Assembly (NCBI RefSeq): GCF_963921235.1 | Contig: NC_086097.1 | Span: forward strand, 65,350,001-65,414,000 | Origin: Mobula hypostoma | Taxonomy: Eukaryota | Direction: 5' to 3' | Length of the DNA: 64,000 nt | In this document: positions 53,510 through 64,000 of the stretch, one piece after another | How the letters are laid out: each line of letters starts with the position of its first letter | Position numbering within the stretch: position 1 is the stretch's first letter | The notes under the pieces: model-generated | Seen by the model: only the letters and a program-made list of their open reading frames with translations | Database searches by the model: none | What the model was told of the DNA's origin: nothing | Translations under genes and position numbers: made by a program

Positions 53510-53935
53510 TCTATCCTCTTGTCGTGCTCTCTAATTCAGGCAGCATCCTGGTATACCTCCTCTGCACCCTCAGGAAAGATGATCAGAAATGAACACAATA
53601 TTCCAAGTGGGGTCTAACCAGAGTTTCATAGAGCTGCAACATTACCGCATGGCTCTTGAATTCAATCCCCAACTAATGAAGGTGAACACACCACTGTAAC
53701 CTCGAGGGGTCTATGGATGTGGACTCCAAGATCCTTTGTTCCTCCACGTTGTTAGGAATCCTGCCATTAGCTCTGCATTCTGCCTTCAAATTTGACATTC
53801 CAAGGTGAATCACTTCACACTTTTCTGGATCAAACGCCATCTGTCACTTTTCAGCACAGATCTGCATCATGTAATGTCCCGTTGTAACTTACGACAACCT
53901 TCTACACTATCCACAACACCACTTCTACACCATCC
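53510..53935 (-). mobile_element. Decayed CR1 fragment
   Basis: ggcagcatcctggt...ttccaagtggggtctaacc...tccacaacaccac CR1 pattern. Confidence 0.8.
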
Positions 53936-54419
53936 ACAACATATTTTAAATCAAATTTCAATTTTAGATACATTTATTATAATTTTCAATTTGATAGGTT
54001 ACTAGTAGTACAAAATTATAAAATATTTTGAGTCTTTTTACTTTCAAAGAAATTTGGTTGTCGGTGACTAATTCAGTGGACTTTCAACCATGTATTACAG
54101 GTAAGAAACATTAGAATATTCAGAAACATGGTCATTTTCTAAGGCAAAACTTCCACAACAGGGTGAATCCAGAAAAGTGTGAAGTGATTCACCTTGGAAT
54201 GTCAAATTTGAAGGCAGAATGCAGAGCTAATGGCAGGATTCCTAACAAAGTGGAGGAACAAAGGATCTTGGAGTCCACATCCATAGACCCCTCGAGGTTA
54301 CAGTGGTGTGTTCACCTTCATTAGTTGGGGATTGAATTCAAGAGCCATGCGGTAATGTTGCAGCTCTATGAAACTCTGGTTAGACCCCACTTGGAATATT
54401 GTGTTCATTTCTGATCATC
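53578..54419. repeat. 253-bp inverted duplication (53578-53830 and 54167-54419) with 336-bp spacer
   Basis: Arms are reverse complements; I found one mismatch. Confidence 0.95.
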
Positions 54420-55297
54420 AGTGTGAACCTATTCACAAAATAAAGACTGTCAATATAGTATGCTCATCTGGCTTACTACACTTCTTGCTAGAAAGGTTTT
54501 GTGTTGCTGGGATCGGAGACCTGTGATATCACCTTCATTAACTGATCATGGCATGGTTCTGGAGGAATAGAAAATTGCAAATGTCATTCCATTCCTCAAG
54601 AAGGGAGAGAGGCAGAAGTAAGGAAATTGTAGGCTAGTTAGACTGACCTCAGTGGTTGGAAAGATGTTGGAGTCGATTGTTAAGGATGTTGCTTAGGGGT
54701 ACTTGGAGGCACATGATAAAATAGGCTATAGTCAGCATGGTTTCCTCAAAGAGAAATCTTGCCTGACAAGTCTGTTGGAATTTTGTGAAGAAATAACAAG
54801 CAGCATAGATAAAGGAGAATCAGTGGACATAACGTACTTGGATTTTCAGAAGGACTTTGACAAGTTGCTACATATGAGGCTGCTTAACAAGGGCCCATGG
54901 TATCACAGGAAAGATGGATAAAGCAGTGGATTATTGGCAGGAGGGAAAGAGTGGGAATAAAGAGAGACTTTTCCGGTTCACTGCTGGTGACTAGTGGTGT
55001 TCTACAGTGATCTGGGTTGGGACCACTTCTTTATACATTATATGCCAATGACTTGGATGATGGAATTAGTAGCTTTGTGACAAAGTTTGTGGATGGTACA
55101 AAGATGCGTGGAGGGACAGTTAGTTTTGAGGAAGTAGAGAATTCACAAAGAACTTAGATTAAGAGAATGAGCAAAGAAGTGGCAGATAGAATACTGTGTT
55201 GGGAAGAATATAGTCATGCACTTCGGTAGAAGAAATGAAAGGATAGACTATTTTCTAAATGGAGAGAAAATTTAAAAATCTGAGGTGCAAAGGGACT

Positions 55298-56092
55298 TGC
55301 TACACATGCCCTTACACTTCCTTCCTTACCACCATTCAGGGCCCCAAACAGTCCTTCCAGGTGAGGCAACACTTCAGCTGTGAGTCGGCTGGGGTGATGT
55401 ACTGCGTCCGGTGCTCCCGATGTAGCCTTTTATATATTGGCGAGACCCGACGCAGACTGGGAGACCGCTTTGCTGAACACCTACGCTCTGTCCGCCAGAG
55501 AAAGCAGGATCTCCCAGTGGCCACACATTTTAATTCTACATCCCATTCCCATTCTGATATGTCTATCCACGGCCTCCTCTACTGTAAAGATGAAGCCACA
55601 CTCAGGTTGGAGGAACAACACCTTATATTCCGTCTGGGTAGCCTCCAACCTGATGGCATGAACATCCACTTCTCTAACTTCTGCTAATGCCCCACCTCCC
55701 CCTCGTACCCCATCTGTTACTTATTTTTATACACACATTCTTTCTCTCACTCTCCTTTTTCTCCCTCTGTCCCTCTGAATATACCCCTTGCCCATCCTCT
55801 GGGTCCCCCCCCCCGCCTCCTTGTCTTTCTTCCCGGACCTCCTGTCGCATGATCCTCTCATATCCCTTTTGCCTATCACCTGTCCAGCTCTTGGCTCCAT
55901 CCCTCCCCCTCCTGTCTTCTCCTATCATTTTGGATCTCCCCCTCCCCCTCCCCCTCCAACTTTCAAATCCCTTACTCACTCTTCCTTCAGTTAGTCCTGA
56001 TGAAGGGTCTTGGCCTGAAACGTCGACTGCACCTTTTCCTAGAGATGCTGCCTGGCCTGCTGTGTTCACCAGCAACTTTTATATGTGTTGCC
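55298..56092 (+). mobile_element. 5'-truncated PLE (GIY-YIG, 3' UTR, hammerhead, tail)
   Basis: ORF to 55687 encodes GIY-YIG; same family as 31776-34040. Confidence 0.92.
55992..56029 (+). ncRNA. Minimal type I hammerhead ribozyme motif
   Basis: tagtc-CTGATGA-agggtcttggcct-GAAA-cGTC-gactg. Confidence 0.8.
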
Positions 56093-58387
56093 TGGGAGTC
56101 CTTGGGCAGGATTTCCTGAAGGTTAATTTGCAGGTTGAGTCGGTAGTGAGGAAGGCAAGTGTGATGTTTGGATTCAGTTCAAGAGGACTAGAATATAAAA
56201 AGAAAGGATATAATGTTGAGGCTTTATAAAGCACTAGGGAGGCCTTACTTGGGAGTATTGTGAGCAGTTTTTGGCCCCTTACCTAAGAAAGGACATCCTC
56301 AAAGGAGGTTCACGAAAATGATTCTTGGATTGAAAAGCTTCTCATACGAAGAGTGTTTGATGGCTCTGAAGCTATACTCACTGGCATTCAGAAAAATGAG
56401 GGGTGACTTCATTGAAACCTATTCAATGTTGTAAGGCCTCAACAGAGTGGATATGGGGAGGATGTTTCGTCTAGTGGGAGAATCTAAGAGGACACTGCCT
56501 CAGAACAGAGAGGTGTCCTTTTAGAACAGAGATGAGGAGGAATTTCTTTAGCAAGAGAGTGAATCTGTGGAATTCACTGCCACAGTCGGCTGTAGAAGTC
56601 AAATTATTGGGTATAATTAAGGCAGTGGTTGATAGATTCTTGATTAATCAGGGCACGAAGGGATACAAGGAGAAGGCAGGAGATTGTGGTTGACAGGGAA
56701 AATGGATCAGCCACAATAAAATGGTGGAGCGGACTCGATGGGCCAAATGGTGTAATTCTGCCCCTATATCATATGGTCTTATTCAAAAACCAGATACTGC
56801 TACCAAACTAGTAGCGCTTCATTTCTATCATTTCGCATTTAAGATAATGTTTGTAACCATAATTAAACTGATAAATATTTATAATTGTCAGAAGCGTCTC
56901 CTGTAAATTCCAATGGGTTAATCTTTCCGTGTCCTGTCCAATGAATTTTCATCGGATGTGTTAATGGAAGCACATGAAGAATAGTACTGATGGTCTATTT
57001 CTAGAATTCTCTCCAAGGAAACTGTATTACAGTGTCAATTTGAAACATTTTGCCTATAAACTTAGAGAGATGATTTACTCATACCACATTTAGTCCATTC
57101 AGAATCTTATTTTCAATTACTGCTTGGTATTCTTTCTGTGGCAAGAAATCTAAAATTTACAAAATATTCAACATGCAATTATCTTTAACCGATGAAAGTT
57201 AAAATAAAATGCCATATCTGAAATCACAAATTCAAATCACCTGTTGTCATTAATTAGAAGTTTAAAGCCAGTGAAGTAGATTGCTAGAGCCCAGAATAAG
57301 GTTCAATATTTTCAAACTATAACTAGTTTTAACTTCAACAAAAGAAAATCCATTTCACGAGTGAAAATATATATTCATATGTAGCCCAAGGACTGTAGTA
57401 CTTTAACCTCTTGAGTTTACGTTGTCTGAGAAAATATCCAGTACCAGAAATTGAATTCCTTCCATGGCTCAGAGGCAAAATAATTTGTTACAAGTAAAAG
57501 GTTCATGTGTCTGTGTTATCGTTTTTAAGAATCGAGAACTACATGAGAAGACAGAATGTTTAAATATAGGCATAATTACTGCAATCATTTTTTTTCTGGC
57601 TTCCTCTTCATGTATCCAGACAATCCCATCTCTTAGTGTTGGTAAAACCTGACAGTTGCATGACAAGGAATGTTTCCCTTTGTAAAAGCCAACTTCCTTT
57701 CTGTGTAGTTTTAGCCTAATTGAAATGTTTCCTATTGAGCTCAATCAAGACAGCAATTATCTAATTACTCACTTATGCCTTTCCAGCCCAAAAATGCCCA
57801 GACAAGCACACTGGAAGCAGTGGAGAAAGTTTTTTTTTAAAGAAAATTGAGGGGGGGGGGTGCAGGAGTTCAGTGGTGGTAGTTGGTTGGTGGTATTATT
57901 GAAGAGCACAAAATCTAGTTTTCCGAGCATTCAACTTAGCAACTAAGCATCACATCAACAGACTTATTTTACAATACAGTTGGATTTAATGTTCAATGTA
58001 CTTAATTTTTTAAATGACAAAATGATCTTTTACTTATCAAAACACTGTATCCTATGAACAAAAAAAATCCTTTCAGTAAAAAGGACCAATCGTGAAGACT
58101 ATGATAGCATATGTTCTTCAGTAAAAATTCTAATCAACCTCCCACAAACATGTAATTACTTTCTGATGGCCAGTGTGCATTAGTTTTGTCTTGAATGGAA
58201 AAGCTGTTTTGGCTGTTTTACTTGTATTTGCGTCAAATTACATTTTCAGTGCAAACCTATATAAATTATCCTTTTCATCTCATGTTATTAGGTTTCCTTG
58301 CAAGTTAACAACTGCATAATATCTAAAAAAAACATTGTGTTGGCAAAATATTGTTGTTTTCTGTAGTCCATTTATTATCATCCTTGA

Positions 58388-58595
58388 AAATCAACGAAAT
58401 TGCAGATGCTAAAAATCTGAAATAAAAACAAGAAATGTGGGAAATACTCAGCAGGTCAAACAGCGTCTGTAGAAAGTAAAAAAGAGTTGATGTTTCATGT
58501 TTTGATGACAGGTCTTCAACCTGAACCAACCATTGTTTCTCTTTTCATAGATATTGCCTTACCCTTTGATTGTCTCTAATATTTTATATTTATAT
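58388..58595. mobile_element. Old collapsed head-to-head PLE-tail repeat
   Basis: tgcagatgct...actcagcaggtc...tgtttca (minus tail), then tgatgacaggtc...acctgaa...catagatattgcc (plus hammerhead remnant and tail). Confidence 0.6.
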
Positions 58596-58729
58596 TTATT
58601 ATAACACTTAGTGTGTCTGAATATCAAAGCAAATTCAACTTCAAAACGTCAGCAACAAAATTTTGTGGCAGATAAATAAACCGTATGATCAATGCTAGTT
58701 TGAAAAACATGACTGCATCAGTATAAGAT

Positions 58730-59010
58730 GGACACTCTTCATTTTAAAGATGTTGAACAAATGCCTCTCATATAGCTTCAGTCGAGTTCTGGTAGAATAC
58801 AAGTGAATATATTCTACAGTATATACCTCCTCTCTACCCTACTTCAAACAATCATTATAGCAAATTATCATCATTTTAGTATTATTTCTATTATCAATGG
58901 GTTCTTCCAGTACTCAGATTGATTGCTGTTTTTCCAACATTGCAACAGCAACTACACTTGAGGAAGAATTTATTGGTTTCAGACAGTCCTGAAATCATGA
59001 AAAACAAAGA
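58730..59010 (+). mobile_element. Ancient DeuSINE-like remnant
   Basis: gctgtttttccaacattgcaacagcaactacactt...ttattgg...gtcctgaaatcatgaaa resembles the Deu domain and L2-type tail. Confidence 0.45.
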
Positions 59011-59049
59011 AAAATGCATAGAAAAATGTATCAGAATACCAGGTATAAT

Positions 59050-60545
59050 TTGCGGAGGACTATTTCTAAGGGCGAAGAGACAATTTTGAACAAGGTTGGA
59101 AGCAACATCAGATGTACGACAACTCTGGCAGGGTTTGCAAGACATTACTTCCTACAAAGCGAAACCCAATAGCATGAATGACAGCGATGCTTCACTACCA
59201 GATGAACTCAACACCTTCTATGCCCGCTTTGAAAGACAGAATATAACTACAGCTGTGAAGATCCCTGCTACACCTGATGACCCTGTGATCTCTGTCTCAG
59301 AGGCCAATGTTAGGCCGTCTTTAAAGAGAGTGAACTCTCACAAGGCAGACGGTCCTGATGGACAACAGAAACACCTATGTCAGGATTCTGTTCATCGTCT
59401 ATAGCTCAGCATTTAATATCATCACTCCCACGATCCTGATTGAGAAGTTGCAGAACCTGGGCCTCTGAACCTCCGTCTGCACTTGGATTCTCGACTTCCT
59501 AACCAGAAGACCGCAATCCATGCAGATTGGTCATAACATCTCCTCCTCGCTGATGATCAACACTGGTGCACCCCAGGTGTGTGTGCTTAGCCCACCTCTC
59601 TACTTTCTCTATACCCATGACAGTGTGGCTAAGCATAGCTCATATACCATCTATAAATTTGCTGATGATACAACCATTGTTGGTTGAATCTCAGGTGGTG
59701 ACGAGCAGGCATACAGAAGCGAGATATGCCAACTAGTGGAGTAGTGTTGCAACAACAACCTGGCACTCAACGTCAGTAGATGAAAGAGCTGATTGTGGAC
59801 TTCAGGAAGGGTAAGATGAAGGAACACATACCAATCCTCAGAGAGGAATCAGAAGTAGATAGAATTAACAGTTTCAAGTTCCTGGGTGTCAAGGTCTGTG
59901 AGGATCTAACCTGGTCCCAACATATTGATGCAATCATGAAGAAGGCAAGACAGCAGCTATACTTCATCAACAGTTTGAAGAGATTTGATATGCCAACAAG
60001 TACACTCAAAACTTCTATAGATGTACTGTGGAGAGCATGCGGACAGGCTGCATCACTGTCTGGTATGGGTTGGGGGGCGGGGGGGTTACTGCACAGGACT
60101 GAAAGAAGCTGCAGAAGGTTGTAAATCTAGTCAGCTCCAACTTGGGTACGAGCCTACAAAGCACCCAGGACACCTTCATGAAGCATTGTCTCAAGAAAGG
60201 TAGCAGCCATTATTATGGACCTCCAGCACCCAGGGCATGCCCTTTTCTCACTGTTACCATCAGGTAGGAGGTACAGAAGCCTGAAGACACACACCCAGCG
60301 ATTCAGGAACAGCTTCTTCCCCTCTGCCATCCAATTCCTAAATAGATATTGAACCCTTGGACACTACCTCACTTTTTTTAATATATTATTTCTGTTTTTT
60401 GCACGTTTTTAATCTATTCAATATACGTGTACTGTAATTGATTTATTTATTTATTCTTCTATGTTATGCATTGCATTCAACTGCAGTTGCTAAGCAAACA
60501 AATTTCATTACAAATGCTGGTGATAATAAATCTGATTCTGATTCA
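59050..60545 (+). mobile_element. Rex1/Babar LINE, internally deleted
   Basis: SLPDELNTFYARFE, GAPQ.CVLSP.LY.LYTHD, KFADDT, KELIVDFR, FKFLGV; aataaatctgattctgatt tail. Confidence 0.9.
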
Positions 60546-62991
60546 GATCTTCCCATCTTTTAATGCCGAGTTCCTCATTTAAGGTCTATCAAGGGGAAGC
60601 TTTGCTGTTAAAGGCTACCTGTCTACCAAGAAGAACAACAGCTCATCTTCTATCCAGACACTTTGCAACCTCCAATAATGAATACCTAATTCTCCAACTT
60701 CAAGTAAGGTGCAATCACATTGTCTCCCATTAACACACTTATGTCCCGTTATCATCCAAATTCTTTTGTGCCTTGCATTATGTCAGTATTCATGCTTCTT
60801 AACACTTGATCTGCCTTAACCTGTCTCTGTATGGTCAATTGCATTACACTTCATTCTTCCCAAAGCACTGCTTTAAACATTGCACATCCTTTACTCTTCC
60901 CCAAGTTCTCATCACCAGTCAGAGTTCCAAAGCATTAACTGGTTTCTGTTTCCACAGATGCTGACTGAATGGCTGATTTCTTCCAGCATTTTTGTTTGTG
61001 TGTGTGTAAAAGTAGAGAACAGTTACTTTAGGTAGATTTTTTAAGCATCTGCTTCTCTTTTTAATAATTTATTGCTAATGGATTCAAATATTCCAGTGAA
61101 ATGTCAACAGTTTGGCAACGATAGCAGCATTTTCCCATATAAGTCTGGACAAGTTTGGGATTCTTGTCAATGCATTTTTGAACACATATGCCAGCATTGT
61201 AGTAAATGCATTTTGTTCTAGGCTACTCAGCAGTACAACAGCTGAACAAGAAGATGCAGCACTTCCCCAGCACTTATAGTGGGAAAATCCACCAGGTTAA
61301 GTCAGCAGCAACATTGCAATGTACGGGTACAGCTAACAGGTTAGAACAACTTGATATTTGTTTTAATTTATACAATTTTTAAAAACTTATACAAAATAAC
61401 TTCTAAATTTAAAAGTGAATACTTGAATAGTTTCTGATATGTCATAACCTTTGGGTTCATATTATTTAATTACATGGACATCTCTTTGCCACCTTTTAGG
61501 CCACTACCGTGATGCTGTATTTCCACAGAGGTCAGTATCCTGGTAGAATTCTATGACCCTAGCACAAGTAAATAGCCTCCCTACCAGTTTGTGTTGGTAT
61601 GAGCCACTGCAATGGCTGATCTTTGAAGCAGAACTATTCTTGTTTTCTTACTACTTATTCAATTAAAGTGTCATTTTTAAATTATTAAATCAAAAACTTC
61701 CAACCAGCAGTGGAAAAGGGCTGAACGTGACTGAGCCACTGTTCACAGCAGATCCCAAGTTGGGCATTATATTGAACCCAACAAAGGAGGAGAGGAGAAT
61801 GTATGCAAGCAGAGCCCTGTTCTCTCCTTGACAGTGGCAGCCAGGCAGAAGTAAGATTGGAAACCACACTCTGGACACACTGGAAGAAGCTGTAAACATG
61901 ACTGCTTGCAAAAGGTTAATGAGTCTTTGCCCATTGTGCTATGACAACCCACTACATCAAGAATGTGGTTTGTCAGCTGCCAAAGCTTTTGCAGCATTCT
62001 TTTGGGAAGTACTACTTCTGACTACCTGTGTGATAACATCATCACACAAGGTGACCAGAACAAGTGTGGTTTGAAGGCCCAACTACAGCATAGCCCCTCA
62101 CCATCGAGTTTGGAGATGGCTTCATCTTGCAAGTTGGTCTTGGGAGAAGCACAGTCAATGTGATCCATCTTGTAGCAAATCAGACAACAGCATGGACTGA
62201 TTGTTATTGACCGGAACTAAAGGGCCATGATAAGTTTTCTGAAATCATTTCACCTGATTTGTACTTAAGTGAAAAAACAAAATTTTGCACTAAGATGTTG
62301 CTAAAATAATTCGAATCAACAAGTATTTAGAGATGGGGGGTTTTACTGGGGTGATTGAGGTTTACTCAAAATGCTAAATTTGTTCGTCCATGGTAATGAT
62401 GCAATTCCACAAGATAATCTAAGATTAGAGCACAGCTGCATCAACATCTAGTTTTTAATTAGTTATGGCTGCACTCTACAGCCTCGACTAATGGTACTCA
62501 AAAAAAGTTTGATTGAAATCACAATTATTTTGTGCATCTTGCAGCACTTAATCTTTTTTCTATTAAATGCAAACAATTTTACCAGATAAAAGAAAATTAT
62601 AACTTAATGGTATGAGCAAACATGATCTGACTATTCACAGATGCTGAACTATACTCAATCATTGGGCTTCACATCCTTTCAAAACAATTTCTGACGAGGC
62701 AATATATATTTGTCTTTGCAAATGTTGCCACAAGTCATGTTGCCTGACTTTAGTACTTTCTGTCTTCTAAATTTTTTTTAAACTAGTAGCAGGTTACAAG
62801 TAATTCTGCTTGGGGAGAAATAAATCTAAATGCCCAATCATTCCTAAATAGCAGGATATTCTAAATGAATCTGGAACAGATGTTGATTTTGCTTTGCAGC
62901 AGACACCAACAACTGAATATCCTGATCGTGCTAGTAATTCATAAATTCATCATGAAGAACAATGATCACAGCTACATTTATTCAATACTTA

Positions 62992-64000
62992 AAGAACAGG
63001 AATTCCGCAGATGCTGGAAATTCAAGCAACACACATCAAAGTTGCTGGTGAACGCAGCAGGCCAGGCAGCATCTCTAGGAAGAGGTACAGTCGACGTTTC
63101 AGGCCAAGACCCTTCGTCAGGATTAACTGAAGGAAGAGTTAGTAAGAGATTTGAAAGTGGGAGGGGGAGGGGGAGATCCAAAATGATAGGAGAAGACAGG
63201 AGGAGGAGGGATGGAGCCAAGAGCTGGACAGGTGATAGGCAAAAGGGATATGAGAGGATCATGGAACAGGAGGCCCAGGGAGGAAGACAAGGTGGGGGGG
63301 GGGGGAACCAGAGGATGGGCAAGGGGTATAGTCAGAGGGAGAAAAAGGAGAGTGAGGGAAAGAATGTGTGTGTAAAAATAAATAACAGATGGGGTACGAG
63401 GGGGAGGTGGGGCATTAGCGGAAGTTAGAGAAGTCAATATTCATGCCATCAGGTTGGAGGCTACCCAGACGGAATATAAGGTGTTGTTCCTCCAACCTGA
63501 GTGTGGCTTCATCTTTACAGTAGAGGAGGCCGTGGATAGACATGTCAGAATGGGAATGGGATGTGGAATTAAAATGTGTGGCCACTGGGAGATCCTGCTT
63601 TCTCTGGCGGACAGAGCGTAGGTGTTCAGCAAAGCAGTCTCCCAGTCTGCGTCGGGTCTCACCAATGTATAGAAGGCCACATCGGGAGCACCGGACGCAG
63701 TATATCACCCCAGCCGACTCACAGGTGAAGTGTCGCCTCACCTGGAAGGACTGTTTGGGGCCCTGAATGGTGTAAGGGAGGAAGTGTAAGTGCATGTGTA
63801 GCACTTGTTCCGCTTACAAGGATAAGTGCCAGGAGGGAGATCAGTGGGGAGGGATGGGGGGGACGAATGGACAAGAGAGTCACGTAGGGAGCGATCCCTG
63901 CGGAAAGCAGAGACGGGCGGGAGGGAAAGATGTGCTCAGTGGTGGGATCCCGCTGGAGGTGGTGGAATTTACGGAGAATAATATGTTGGACCCAGAGGCT
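62992..64000 (-). mobile_element. PLE (GIY-YIG, hammerhead, tail), cut by the window edge
   Basis: ORF 63415-63804 encodes GIY-YIG; same family as 31776-34040. Confidence 0.92.
63088..63125 (-). ncRNA. Minimal hammerhead ribozyme motif
   Basis: Minus strand taatc-CTGACGA-agggtcttggcct-GAAA-cGTC-gactg; one mismatch in stem I. Confidence 0.75.

Larger units (their letters stand above)
54540..56782 (+). mobile_element. Decayed CR1 interrupted by a PLE
   Basis: SQHGFLK.KSCLT.LLEF, YLDFQK.FDK; CR1 sequence agggact|tgggagtcc is split by the PLE. Confidence 0.88.

Noticed and set aside
55259..55687. CR1-PLE fusion ORF as a new gene
   Set aside because: Chance in-frame junction of a truncated PLE inside a decayed CR1
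1..64000. CRISPR array, operon or other prokaryotic system
   Set aside because: No regularly spaced repeats or dense gene organisation; content is vertebrate transposon sequence

Overview
Eukaryotic, AT-rich, repeat-dense intronic or intergenic DNA. The repeat families suggest a cartilaginous fish, probably a ray (inference). No host protein-coding gene can be recognised with confidence. Nearly all long ORFs are fragments of retrotransposons: CR1, L1, Rex1/Babar, an RNase H-bearing I/Nimb-type element, restriction-like-endonuclease (HERO/R2-group-type) elements, and Penelope-like elements (PLEs) with GIY-YIG endonuclease. The window also holds several SINEs, a Helitron 5' fragment, a PIF/Harbinger-type MITE and a solo LTR. 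The most notable structure is a PLE family carrying a minimal type I hammerhead ribozyme. It occurs as a 2.3-kb head-to-head palindrome with a 15-bp TSD and a templated 60-bp spacer, as ordinary truncated copies, and as ~100-140 bp inserts that start at the ribozyme. Other observations: one tRNA-SINE head paired with two different RTE-type tails, a 253-bp near-perfect local inverted duplication, and two weak candidate exons. Family names come from motif recognition only, no searches were run, and boundaries without a TSD are approximate.
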